A program made the translations under genes and the position numbers. Shown here piece by piece: positions 19,232-28,110 of a DNA stretch of 64,000 nucleotides (position 1 is its first letter; each line of letters begins with the position of its first letter). Source of the stretch: Candidatus Latescibacterota bacterium (GTDB taxonomy: Bacteria > Latescibacterota > UBA2968); contig OZ240241.1 of the NCBI GenBank assembly GCA_965198115.1, forward strand, positions 3,008,001-3,072,000, read 5' to 3'. The notes beneath the pieces were generated by a model that had not been told where the DNA came from, ran no database searches, and saw only the letters and a list, made by a program, of their open reading frames with translations.

Positions 19232-20539
19232 CTAATCCGCTCCATCGTCCCGATGATCGTTCACCCGTTGCGCCTTCAGTTCGAACCGGGGCAGACTCCC
19301 TGGCAACGCCGCCTGCACCGAGGTCCGGAGCGCGAGTGCATCTCGAAGCGTGCGGCCTATGCGTTCACACACAGCGTCGGCCAGCGACGGCTGCGCCTCG
19401 ACACGCACCTCGATATCATCCATCGTGCCCCTTCGAAACACGTCGACCGCGAACTCACCCGCCCCCTCGCAAGCCCGAATCACATTCTCGATCGCACTCG
19501 GGTAAACATTCACACCTCTAACGATCAGCGCATCGTCCATCCGTCCGATCACACCCCCCTCGAGTCGTCGATACGTTCGGCCGCACGAACACATCTCCGG
19601 GTGAAGCCGCACGCGGTCCCCCGTCCGGTAACGTAGAACCGGCGACCCGACCCGACCCAGGTTCGTGATAACGAGCTCTCCCTCGTCCGTCGACGCTCCG
19701 GTCTCCGGATCGATGACCTCAAAGATGAACTCACCCTCATTCAGATGGAGCCCGGCCTGTTGCGAACACTCGTAACTCCACGGTCCCACTTCGGTCGCGC
19801 CCGCGTGATCGTAGCAGCGTGCCCCCCACGCCGCTTCGATCCTGGCACGTGTCGACGCCAGTCCCGCGCCCGGCTCTCCACCGTGAATCGTGACCTGTAT
19901 ATCCGATCCCGCCAGGTCGATGCCTTCTGCCTCGGCCACTTCCGCCAGACGGAGTGCGTAGGTCGGTGTGGAGCAAAGGACCGTCGCGCCGTTATCCAAA
20001 ATCGCCTGCAGACGCTGCACGGAATCCATCGTCCCCCCGGGAATGGCCATGGCACCGATTCGTTGACAGCCCTCGAAGGCGCTCCAAAACCCGATGAAGG
20101 GGCCGAATCCGAACGCGAAGAAAACACGGTCCCGGGAAGTCAGTCCAGCCGCGCGAAAAACCGATACCCAGCCCTTCGTGAACCACGACCATCCCGGTTC
20201 GTCGTCCATCCAACGAAGGGGTGTCCCTGTCGTCCCCGACGTCTGATGGACACGCACGTATCGATCGATCGGATGAGTCAGATTCGTGCCGAAGGGAGGA
20301 TGGTCTGCCTGGTCGTCCGACAGCTCTTCCTTCGTCGTAAACGGCACATCGACAAGAGAGTCGGGCGTCACGTCGCGCGAACGTTCGATCCCCGAGCCGA
20401 TCAATTTTTGCCTGTAGAAGGGGTTGGACACAAGAAGCGTGTCGATCATGTTGCCGAGCCGATCGAACTGGGACTCGACAAGGGCTACGCGATCGGCACG
20501 TTCGGTGTGGGTGACCGTCTCATCCGCTGACGTGTTCAT
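19232..20539 (-). CDS. Phenylacetate-CoA ligase (PaaK)-like aryl/acyl-CoA ligase
   Basis: TSGTTG P-loop, GGEPG, YDHAGATE, RYRTGD, GRMDDALIVRGVNVYPSAIE. Confidence 0.88.
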   Translation of the reverse strand: MNTSADETVTHTERADRVALVESQFDRLGNMIDTLLVSNPFYRQKLIGSGIERSRDVTPDSLVDVPFTTKEELSDDQADHPPFGTNLTHPIDRYVRVHQTSGTTGTPLRWMDDEPGWSWFTKGWVSVFRAAGLTSRDRVFFAFGFGPFIGFWSAFEGCQRIGAMAIPGGTMDSVQRLQAILDNGATVLCSTPTYALRLAEVAEAEGIDLAGSDIQVTIHGGEPGAGLASTRARIEAAWGARCYDHAGATEVGPWSYECSQQAGLHLNEGEFIFEVIDPETGASTDEGELVITNLGRVGSPVLRYRTGDRVRLHPEMCSCGRTYRRLEGGVIGRMDDALIVRGVNVYPSAIENVIRACEGAGEFAVDVFRRGTMDDIEVRVEAQPSLADAVCERIGRTLRDALALRTSVQAALPGSLPRFELKAQRVNDHRDDGAD

Positions 20540-20552
20540 CGCGTCTTGGAGA

Positions 20553-21905
20553 TCAGGTATAGCGTGCGTTGCGGTAGGCGGCGTCGTAGAACCGGGGCAA
20601 CAGCTGATCGACCCGCAGCAGGCCGCGGCGGCTCAGCTGGACCCGGTCGGCTGAGACCGAAAGCATGCCATCGTCCTCCAGCCCGGAATAGACCGTCCCG
20701 AACTTGCTCAGAATATCCTCTCCGAACTTGCCGCTGAAGTAGGAGGGCTCGATCGTGCCCAGCTTGAGCTGAAGGATCATCTCACGAGTCAGAAGTTCCT
20801 CGGCGGAAGGAATGAACCCACGTCCGACTGGAAGCCGGCCCTCGGCCAGATCGTTCAGATAGGGGTCCCACCCCGTCTTGTTCTGGTAATGAACCCCACC
20901 GACGTGGGAAAAGGAGGCGACACCCGTTCCGATCATATCCGAGCTGCGCCATAGGGCGTCGCGATAGACGAACCCGCCGGGCCGTCCGTTCTTCGACAGG
21001 GTATACGCGCTCGTCGCCCGATAGCCTGCAAGCTCGAACCGCTCGATGGCGTAGTCGTGCCAGGCTCGCTTCGTCTCCCAGTCCGCGACGTTGGGAGCCC
21101 CTGCCGCGTCGTCCCTCAACGCCTTCGAATAGGTCGTGTTGAACGGCAATTCCATCTGGTAAATCGTCACCGTGTCCGCGTCGATGTCGATCGCTCGAGA
21201 TACGGTCTCGCACCAGGTCTCCCACGTCTCCCCGACCATGCCCGAGATCAGATCGATGTTGACCCACGGGAAATCCAGCGCCTCGATCCAGGGAAGGACT
21301 TCTTCGATCTCCTGCCGGAGATGGGCCCGTCCGTTTTCCCTGAGGATGTCGTCGTTCATGTTCTCCACACCCAGACTCAGACGCGTCACGCCGATCTTGC
21401 GAATCGCCTCGAGCTTCGGCTGACTCAAAGTGCCCGGTTCGCACTCGAACGCGACCTCTCGGGTGCGCCTCCACGGAAACACGGCTTTGACCCGTTCGAC
21501 GAGCGTCTCCAGATGCTTGACGCTGATGTAGGACGGCGTGCCACCCCCGAAATACACGAAGTCCAGGTGCCGTCCTTCGAACCGTGCTTTTGTGCCGTTC
21601 ATCTCCACTTCAGCGGCTAGGGCTTCCAGATAGGTGTCGATGTCACGCGCGTTCTTGTCGGTGTAGACGCGAAAGTAGCAGAACTTGCAACGCTTCCTGC
21701 AAAAGGGAATGTGAAGATACAGCCCCACCGGTGTGTCGGGATCCCCCTTCGCGTCGAGCGACGACAGGGCTCGTTCCACAACATCCTCTTCCCAGAACGA
21801 ATAGGGTGGGTAGTTCGACACGAACACACTGCCCACGTCTGTCTTCTTCCAGTCTCGGGCGGTCGTTGCGGGCTCCGCGAGGATGACGTCTGCGACTTCA
21901 GCCAT
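20553..21905 (-). CDS. HemN-like (class C-type) radical SAM enzyme
   Basis: LYLHIPFCRKRCKFC, YFGGGTPS, RLSLGV, NIDLISG, HemN-type C-terminal domain. Confidence 0.88.
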   Translation of the reverse strand: MAEVADVILAEPATTARDWKKTDVGSVFVSNYPPYSFWEEDVVERALSSLDAKGDPDTPVGLYLHIPFCRKRCKFCYFRVYTDKNARDIDTYLEALAAEVEMNGTKARFEGRHLDFVYFGGGTPSYISVKHLETLVERVKAVFPWRRTREVAFECEPGTLSQPKLEAIRKIGVTRLSLGVENMNDDILRENGRAHLRQEIEEVLPWIEALDFPWVNIDLISGMVGETWETWCETVSRAIDIDADTVTIYQMELPFNTTYSKALRDDAAGAPNVADWETKRAWHDYAIERFELAGYRATSAYTLSKNGRPGGFVYRDALWRSSDMIGTGVASFSHVGGVHYQNKTGWDPYLNDLAEGRLPVGRGFIPSAEELLTREMILQLKLGTIEPSYFSGKFGEDILSKFGTVYSGLEDDGMLSVSADRVQLSRRGLLRVDQLLPRFYDAAYRNARYT

Positions 21906-23010
21906 CGTTACGATCCAGATCAGGTTTTCCGAAACAGTAGAACACGCCGTCATCGCTCCCGATGTAGAGTCGATTCAGATCCACGGCCGGCGACGCGGTG
22001 AAGGATCCGCCTCCCGTGAATCGCCATCGAAGTTCGCCCGAAAACCGGTCCAAAAATACGATTTCCCCGTGCTGTGTCGCGACCACCAGCCGATCCCCCA
22101 CCACAACCGGTGAAGCGTCCACTCGGGCACCGGCGTTGTAGATCCACAGCGCTTCTCCCGTTCTGGGGTCGAGCGCGTGCACCATGCGATCCCGTCCGCC
22201 GATGTAGAGCAGCTCCGCGGTGATGGCGGGCGAAGAGTAGAAAGGGAAATGACGTTCGAGGTGCTCGTAGTGCCACAAAACGTCGCCCTGTGCCAGGTCG
22301 ACCGCCATCACCTGGTTTCCGAACGTCCCGAAATAGGCCACTTCGCCAAGCAGGGCGGGGCTCGACCCGACATAGTCCCCGACATCGATCGTCCGGTCCG
22401 CCTCGCCGGTTCCCACTCGGACCCCTCGCATGAATCCGTCGCATCCGGCGACATAGCACCGCCCGGCGTGCAGGACGGGCGTCGCGTGAACGTAGCCATC
22501 CGTCTCGACTTTCCACGCCACACTACCCGTGGTCCGGTCGAGCCCGTAGAGGAAATTGTCATACGAACCGAACACCACGCGGTCGTCCACCACACGTGCG
22601 GACGAGGTAACCCCACCCTCCAACCGCGTGATCCAGACGCCCTCCCCCGTCTTTGCGTCGACCGCGTGAAACGCGCCCGATTCGTCACCCGCGTAGACGA
22701 CGCCCTCGACCACGGTCGGTGACGACTTCACTTCTCCGGCGGCTACGTAAGACCAGATCGCTTCACCCGTCAAGGCATCGAGCCCGTAGAGCTTTCCGTC
22801 CAGGCCGCCAAAGTAGACCCGACCGGCGACGACCGCAGCAGTGGATTCGATCGGCTCCTCGACCTCGAACGTCCACAACACGACCACGGAATCCGGCAAT
22901 GACGATGTGGCGACCCCGGTACTCCTCGGGTTGCCCCTAAAACTGGGCCACTCCGCGTCCACCGTCTGCCAGGCGGCAAGGGCAATCAGGAAACTACAGA
23001 GCAGCCGCAT
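21898..23010 (-). CDS. PQQ-binding-like (BamB-like) beta-propeller protein
   Basis: Signal peptide, WPSFRGN, eight regular SSP...DG.LYALD..TG...W blades. Confidence 0.87.
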   Translation of the reverse strand: MRLLCSFLIALAAWQTVDAEWPSFRGNPRSTGVATSSLPDSVVVLWTFEVEEPIESTAAVVAGRVYFGGLDGKLYGLDALTGEAIWSYVAAGEVKSSPTVVEGVVYAGDESGAFHAVDAKTGEGVWITRLEGGVTSSARVVDDRVVFGSYDNFLYGLDRTTGSVAWKVETDGYVHATPVLHAGRCYVAGCDGFMRGVRVGTGEADRTIDVGDYVGSSPALLGEVAYFGTFGNQVMAVDLAQGDVLWHYEHLERHFPFYSSPAITAELLYIGGRDRMVHALDPRTGEALWIYNAGARVDASPVVVGDRLVVATQHGEIVFLDRFSGELRWRFTGGGSFTASPAVDLNRLYIGSDDGVFYCFGKPDLDRNDG

Positions 23011-24106
23011 ACAGGGCCTCGAACGCGCGGGCGTTGACAGGTCGAGGGTTGTGGGTGCCCGTCCACTGTTCAACGGCGTCCGCCGCCAGCGAGGGAAGTG
23101 CATTCTGTTCGACGCCGCACGAACCCAGCCGTTCGGGCAACTCACCGAGGGCTCTGAGGGTCGTGACGCGATCGATCAACCGGTCGACCCCTACCCCCAA
23201 ACCATCGTAGAGCGATGAGTCACCGGCGGCGTTGTAGGCGATCACGTGCGGCAACATCACCGCGACAGCGGCCCCGTGGGCAAGTCCATAACGTGCCGTC
23301 AAGGGATTGGCGCACGCGTGGGCCGCCCCCAGCATCGAAGCCTCGATCGCTGCACCTGCAAAATGGGCGCCCACGAGCACGTCCCCAGCTGTGTCGACAT
23401 CGTCCGGTTTTCCGTAATGTCGCTCGAACGACCCATCGAGCAGACGCCAGGCCTCCCGTGCGAACAGACGCGAGACGGGATTGCGGGTCCGCGTTACGTA
23501 GCTCTCCAAGGAGTGGGCCACGGCATCCAGACCCGTCGCTGCCCGCACCGCCAGGGGCGTCGAAGCGATCAGGGTTGGATCCAGCAGGACCGCTCCGAAA
23601 CGCATCTTGCGATCGCCGCACGCCATCTTCTCGTGCGTGTCGGGCCGCGTAATCAGCGCGTAGGACTGTGCTTCGCTCCCCGTTCCAGCCGTCGTGGGAA
23701 TACCGATCGACGGCAGCAACGCAACTCGTGCCTTGCCAAACCCCTCGTAGTCCTCGACGCGTCCCCCGTTGGTTAGCACCAGGTTGATCGCTTTGGCGCT
23801 GTCCATGGCACTCCCGCCGCCGAGCCCCACGATGGCGTCCGGTGAAAAGGCACGGGCAGCACGCACACCCTCATCGACGACCTCGGAAGTCGGGTTGGGA
23901 TGCACGTCGCCAAAGACGTGGACGGACCGACTTCCTTCTTTCAGCACGCTTGCGAGTTCATCGACCAGACCGGCGCAGACAACACCCGGGTCGGTGACGA
24001 CCAAAACCCGGCGACACGCCATTTCATCGACGACGCGACTAGCGTCGCTCGCAACACCTGGGCCGAATCGGACGTGGATCGATGGATCGTAGGCGAAAGG
24101 GAGCAA
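22994..24106 (-). CDS. Iron-containing alcohol dehydrogenase
   Basis: GGGSAMDSAK, PTTAGTGSE, DAVAH, AHAC and AHG metal-ligand motifs. Confidence 0.92.
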   Translation of the reverse strand: MLPFAYDPSIHVRFGPGVASDASRVVDEMACRRVLVVTDPGVVCAGLVDELASVLKEGSRSVHVFGDVHPNPTSEVVDEGVRAARAFSPDAIVGLGGGSAMDSAKAINLVLTNGGRVEDYEGFGKARVALLPSIGIPTTAGTGSEAQSYALITRPDTHEKMACGDRKMRFGAVLLDPTLIASTPLAVRAATGLDAVAHSLESYVTRTRNPVSRLFAREAWRLLDGSFERHYGKPDDVDTAGDVLVGAHFAGAAIEASMLGAAHACANPLTARYGLAHGAAVAVMLPHVIAYNAAGDSSLYDGLGVGVDRLIDRVTTLRALGELPERLGSCGVEQNALPSLAADAVEQWTGTHNPRPVNARAFEALYAAAL

Positions 24107-24129
24107 GGGGACGTCCGCGGCGTAGCCGA

Positions 24130-25554
24130 TCAGGACGCACGCTGCAGAGCGCGCTGAACGTAGAGGTGCTCGAAAAGGTTACCTTCGTGGGGCTGATCCC
24201 ACGATACCACGTGTGTTCCAAGGGGCCCGATGTTCAGTCGTTCGATCTTCGGGCTTCCGAGCAGATCTTCGGTGAACGTGTCGTCTTCCGTGATCGCCGA
24301 CACCGCCAGCGACGGACCGATGGCATCGAGCAGGTCGGATTGCGGCACTTCCACGACGCTCGCGAACGGGAACAAAAACTCCGTATCGGCCAGCGGGTGC
24401 CCCGGCTCCGCGCGCACGATCGTCGGCACGAGAAAGGTCAATCCGTCCAGGACCTGCAAGCGGTCGTTCCGAAAGTTCGCGGAGACCTCCGTTGCCCCGT
24501 CGTGGCGAAGATAGGTGTCGATCGTGTTCGAAATCGCTTCCGCGAAAGACGGGTTGCCGAAGGCCGCAAGGCCGGCCTCCGGATCGTCGAGTCTTCGCGG
24601 GACCAGGTCGGCCAGCCGCTCGGCAAGCGCCGCAGCCACCTCATCGCCACGCGAAGGAACCCATACGCTCGACGCGTTGATGCACGACCGCCCTCCGTTG
24701 ATCGCGATCGAATCCGCGACCACGTCGATGTGATCCTCCCACCGATCGATCGTGTCTGCCCCGATCAGGACTTTGCTCTGTCCTGGGCCGTGAATCTGCA
24801 CACGCGGATCGTCTAGCCAGGGAGCGACGGTCGCACCGCCCCCGAAGAGCATCGATCGATCGCAGCGAAGAAGAATCTCCGTCACACCACCGTGATCCGT
24901 CGGATAGAAGCTGAAAGCCTCCTTCGGGCACCCTGCCTTGAAGAACGCCTGCGCGATGCGGTAGGGCGTCCACGGTTCCTCCCGCCCGGGCTTGAGCACC
25001 AGCGGCACCTTGAGCGCGATCGACGGGACCCAGAGCGAATGAACCCCCGGTGAGTTGCTAGGAAGGATCTCCCCAAGCGCGCTGGATTGACAGATGTAGC
25101 TCAGAGGGCGTCCACCCTGGACCGTCCACCCCTCGTCGAGCACGGTCAGGTCCAGACCGCGAGTCAGCCCATCGAGAATCTGATCCACGTCCGACAACGC
25201 CTTGTAGATCTTGTCGACGTTCCGACGTACGAGCGCTTCGGGCATGCCCGTCGTGCCCGACAGCGACCGAACGTAGTCGTCGAGCGTCTGTTCGCCCTCG
25301 CCGACCGGGAGCGTATCGTGCACGAACGACTCGGCCGCCATCTTCGAAACTTCGATCAGTTCGGCGACCGGTACCTCGGCCAACCGCGCACGGTGTTCGG
25401 CCATCCGGTTGAGGTCCCGCGCGACGAGACCGCGGTTGGCCTGGCTCACCTCCACCAACGGCTCCTGCGTCTGGATGTGGGCAACGGTCGTCTTGTTCAG
25501 ACTCTCGTAGACCGATCCAGCGCGCAAGATCGGGAGATGAATCGGCGCCGACAT
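24130..25554 (-). CDS. Aldehyde dehydrogenase-fold acyl reductase (GriD/EhpG/LuxC-like)
   Basis: LPSNSPG, VLKPG, catalytic Cys in NGGRSCINAS, EFLFP. HGPGQSK replaces the canonical ELGGK. Confidence 0.78.
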   Translation of the reverse strand: MSAPIHLPILRAGSVYESLNKTTVAHIQTQEPLVEVSQANRGLVARDLNRMAEHRARLAEVPVAELIEVSKMAAESFVHDTLPVGEGEQTLDDYVRSLSGTTGMPEALVRRNVDKIYKALSDVDQILDGLTRGLDLTVLDEGWTVQGGRPLSYICQSSALGEILPSNSPGVHSLWVPSIALKVPLVLKPGREEPWTPYRIAQAFFKAGCPKEAFSFYPTDHGGVTEILLRCDRSMLFGGGATVAPWLDDPRVQIHGPGQSKVLIGADTIDRWEDHIDVVADSIAINGGRSCINASSVWVPSRGDEVAAALAERLADLVPRRLDDPEAGLAAFGNPSFAEAISNTIDTYLRHDGATEVSANFRNDRLQVLDGLTFLVPTIVRAEPGHPLADTEFLFPFASVVEVPQSDLLDAIGPSLAVSAITEDDTFTEDLLGSPKIERLNIGPLGTHVVSWDQPHEGNLFEHLYVQRALQRAS

Positions 25555-25591
25555 CAATAAACCCCGTTCCAGAAGAACTTCGCAAAAATCA

Positions 25592-26671
25592 TCAATAAAC
25601 CCCGACTACGACGGACTCCTGCAACGCGCTGAAAAGACGGAGGTTTTCGACGCCGTCCCACGGGTAGGCGTCGATCGGCCGTGCTCGCTCGGCTTCATCT
25701 CGCTCGAGGAATCGGGGAATGAAAAATTCCTTCGTCAGCGTGGTCAGCGCGACACGCCCTGTCTGGTCGTAATCTACAAGACGTGATGGATCATCCGGAT
25801 CGACCAGCTCGATCACGGCGCGTGGGTTCGGTGGATAGTAAGTGATCGCGTAGTTATCCGCCGGGTCGAACGGCTTGGAATGAGCCAGACCCATCAACGT
25901 ATTCCCGTAGGTCGGCACGAACGCGATTCCCGGAATCAGTTCTTCTCGTGCGAACCGGTTGAACTGGGCGTCCATCTCCGTTCCACCGCAGAAGATCCCT
26001 CTGATTCCCATCTTCTCGAGGGAGATTTTCTCACAGAGCGCATCGAGCAGCTTGGGCGTCGTGAAGATGCACTGGACGTTGTCGTTCGCCCGCAGAATCG
26101 TCAATGCTTGATCGATCGCGTGGTTCTTGTAGGCCTCCAGCTCCTGCATCTTACCGGCCTTGATCAATTTGTTGACCCAACGTGGGTCCAGATCGACCAG
26201 GAAACAGATACCCCCACGAACCTGCGCGAGGTACTCCACGGCCAACCTCAGCCGACGCGGCCCCGTGGGTCCGAGCATGAGCCAGTCGGCCCCCTTCGGG
26301 AATCCGTCGTCCGGAAGGTGGTCGCTGAACATCCGGTAATCGATCTTGTAATCTTCGATGTTGATTCGGTACTTCGGCACACCCGTCGATCCACCCGTCT
26401 CGAAAACCGAGACGGGTCTGTCTGCCATGCCCTTCGGCACCCACCGCCGCACGGGCCCACCCCTCAACCACTCATCCTCGAAATGCCCCAACGACTGGAG
26501 GTCCTCGAATTTTTCGATCCTGTCACGCGGGTCGAAATCCAACCGATCGGCGTAGTCCAACCAGAAAGGACAGCCGGTATCCGGATTGAAGTGCCAAGCC
26601 ACCATCTCGCGAACGTGGGCGTCGAGCGTCTCCTTCGCATCCCGAACTCTGGATTCCAAAGAGTCCGTCAT
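25592..26671 (-). CDS. Atypical adenylating enzyme (GriC/EhpF/LuxE-like)
   Basis: WHFNPDTGCPFW, P-loop FETGGSTGVPK, YGNTLMG, ERD. Short (359 aa) and lacks the usual ANL C-terminal domain. Confidence 0.7.
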   Translation of the reverse strand: MTDSLESRVRDAKETLDAHVREMVAWHFNPDTGCPFWLDYADRLDFDPRDRIEKFEDLQSLGHFEDEWLRGGPVRRWVPKGMADRPVSVFETGGSTGVPKYRINIEDYKIDYRMFSDHLPDDGFPKGADWLMLGPTGPRRLRLAVEYLAQVRGGICFLVDLDPRWVNKLIKAGKMQELEAYKNHAIDQALTILRANDNVQCIFTTPKLLDALCEKISLEKMGIRGIFCGGTEMDAQFNRFAREELIPGIAFVPTYGNTLMGLAHSKPFDPADNYAITYYPPNPRAVIELVDPDDPSRLVDYDQTGRVALTTLTKEFFIPRFLERDEAERARPIDAYPWDGVENLRLFSALQESVVVGVY

Positions 26672-28104
26672 TTCCCCGCCTGGATCGCGAACAATCGGTT
26701 TCGAGTCGCAAGGTAGAGCACGCCATTGGCGAACACGGGCGTCGTGTAGACCGCGCTCCCCATGTTCGTCTCGAACAGCAACTCCAATTCCCTTCCCGCC
26801 TTGAGCACGGCGACATCACCGTCCTCATCGCCGATCAGCACTTTTCCATCCCCCGAAAAAGGCGATCCCCAGATAGCCGCGAACGTATCGTAGCGCCAGA
26901 GCGGCTTTCCCGTTTTGAGATCGATCCCGTAAACGAACCCGCTCAGATCCGCGGCGTAGAGGAGACCGTCCCGGATCGACACCGTCGATATCGTGCGGTT
27001 GTAGTGCTCGTCACCCACGTGCCACACGGCGTGGGTCTCAGTCACGTCCCCTTTTCCGGTCGCGTCGATCGCCCACAAGTGGCCGATGCCCTCTCCGTGT
27101 TCGGGGTCCTGACCGACGCCGATGAACACCTTGTCGTCATAGAAGACCGGGGTCCCGATCAGGGCGTTGCGTGTGCCACGCCCCCCGAGCTCCCAGACCG
27201 AATCCTTCGGATTACAGTCGAACTTCCAAACCAATTTTCCCGTCTCTGCTTCGAGCGCATACAACCATCCGTCCCCACCGGGCATGAACACCTGCCCCTC
27301 ACCATTCACGACCCCGTATGCGGGGCTCGCCCACTGGCCGTGGAGAATGTTCTCGCCGGGCAAACCGTTCTCCCAGACCAGCTTACCGGTCTTTTTGTCG
27401 AGGGCGATGAAACTTGGGGCAAAAGGGGCCGGGATGGCCACGTGACCCTCGTCGACACCGTTACTCGTAACCAGGAAAAGCAGGTCACCCGCACCCACGG
27501 GGGAGCTCGTCGCCAGGTTGTGCGGGAACACGGTTAGCTCTTCGATCATATCGTAGGCCCAGATCACGTCACCGTCGATTGCTGTCGTGTCTGATTCGTC
27601 CGTAAAAGGACCGTCGTTCACACCGTCCCTGAACCCTTCCGTGTCGATACAGACGACCTGGCACTGGTTGGACACATAATAAAGACGGTCGTCCTCGATG
27701 TAGGGCGTCGAGCAGATCCCCTGCTGGGGCCAGTCGTTGACGCGACCGGCCGACAACTTCGTGTGGGTCATCTGCCATAGGAAGGCGCCGGTCGATTCAT
27801 CGAAGGCCATGATGACCCCGCGATCTCCCGCCAGCTTGGGATTCTTCCTCGACTGGTTGTTCGTGCCCACGAACACCTTGCCTTTGTGGACGACCGGCCC
27901 CGCATACGTCTGTGCACCGAGCTCCGCCACCCACTTCGGCGTTTCGGGGTCCCATTCCGAAGGAATACCCGTCGCATCGGTCGCCAGGTTCCGAGCCGGG
28001 GTGAACCCCCACATGGATTCTTCCGCCAGCGCCGCAGATCCGATCGCCAGAGAAACCCCCCATCCGACCAACACACACACACGCCTCACACTATTGATCA
28101 CCAT
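26668..28104 (-). CDS. PQQ-binding-like beta-propeller protein
   Basis: Signal peptide, RBS GGAGG, repeated D..TG...W blades, acidic loops. Confidence 0.85.
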   Translation of the reverse strand: MVINSVRRVCVLVGWGVSLAIGSAALAEESMWGFTPARNLATDATGIPSEWDPETPKWVAELGAQTYAGPVVHKGKVFVGTNNQSRKNPKLAGDRGVIMAFDESTGAFLWQMTHTKLSAGRVNDWPQQGICSTPYIEDDRLYYVSNQCQVVCIDTEGFRDGVNDGPFTDESDTTAIDGDVIWAYDMIEELTVFPHNLATSSPVGAGDLLFLVTSNGVDEGHVAIPAPFAPSFIALDKKTGKLVWENGLPGENILHGQWASPAYGVVNGEGQVFMPGGDGWLYALEAETGKLVWKFDCNPKDSVWELGGRGTRNALIGTPVFYDDKVFIGVGQDPEHGEGIGHLWAIDATGKGDVTETHAVWHVGDEHYNRTISTVSIRDGLLYAADLSGFVYGIDLKTGKPLWRYDTFAAIWGSPFSGDGKVLIGDEDGDVAVLKAGRELELLFETNMGSAVYTTPVFANGVLYLATRNRLFAIQAGK

Positions 28105-28110
28105 ACCCTC

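Noticed and set aside
20553-21905. Housekeeping hemN/hemW
   Set aside because: It is embedded in a non-heme operon and lacks the HemW HNxxYW motif, so no gene symbol was assigned.
24130-26671. Bioluminescence luxC/luxE genes
   Set aside because: No luxA/luxB/luxD in the window, and the motifs fit the GriC/GriD-like branch better.
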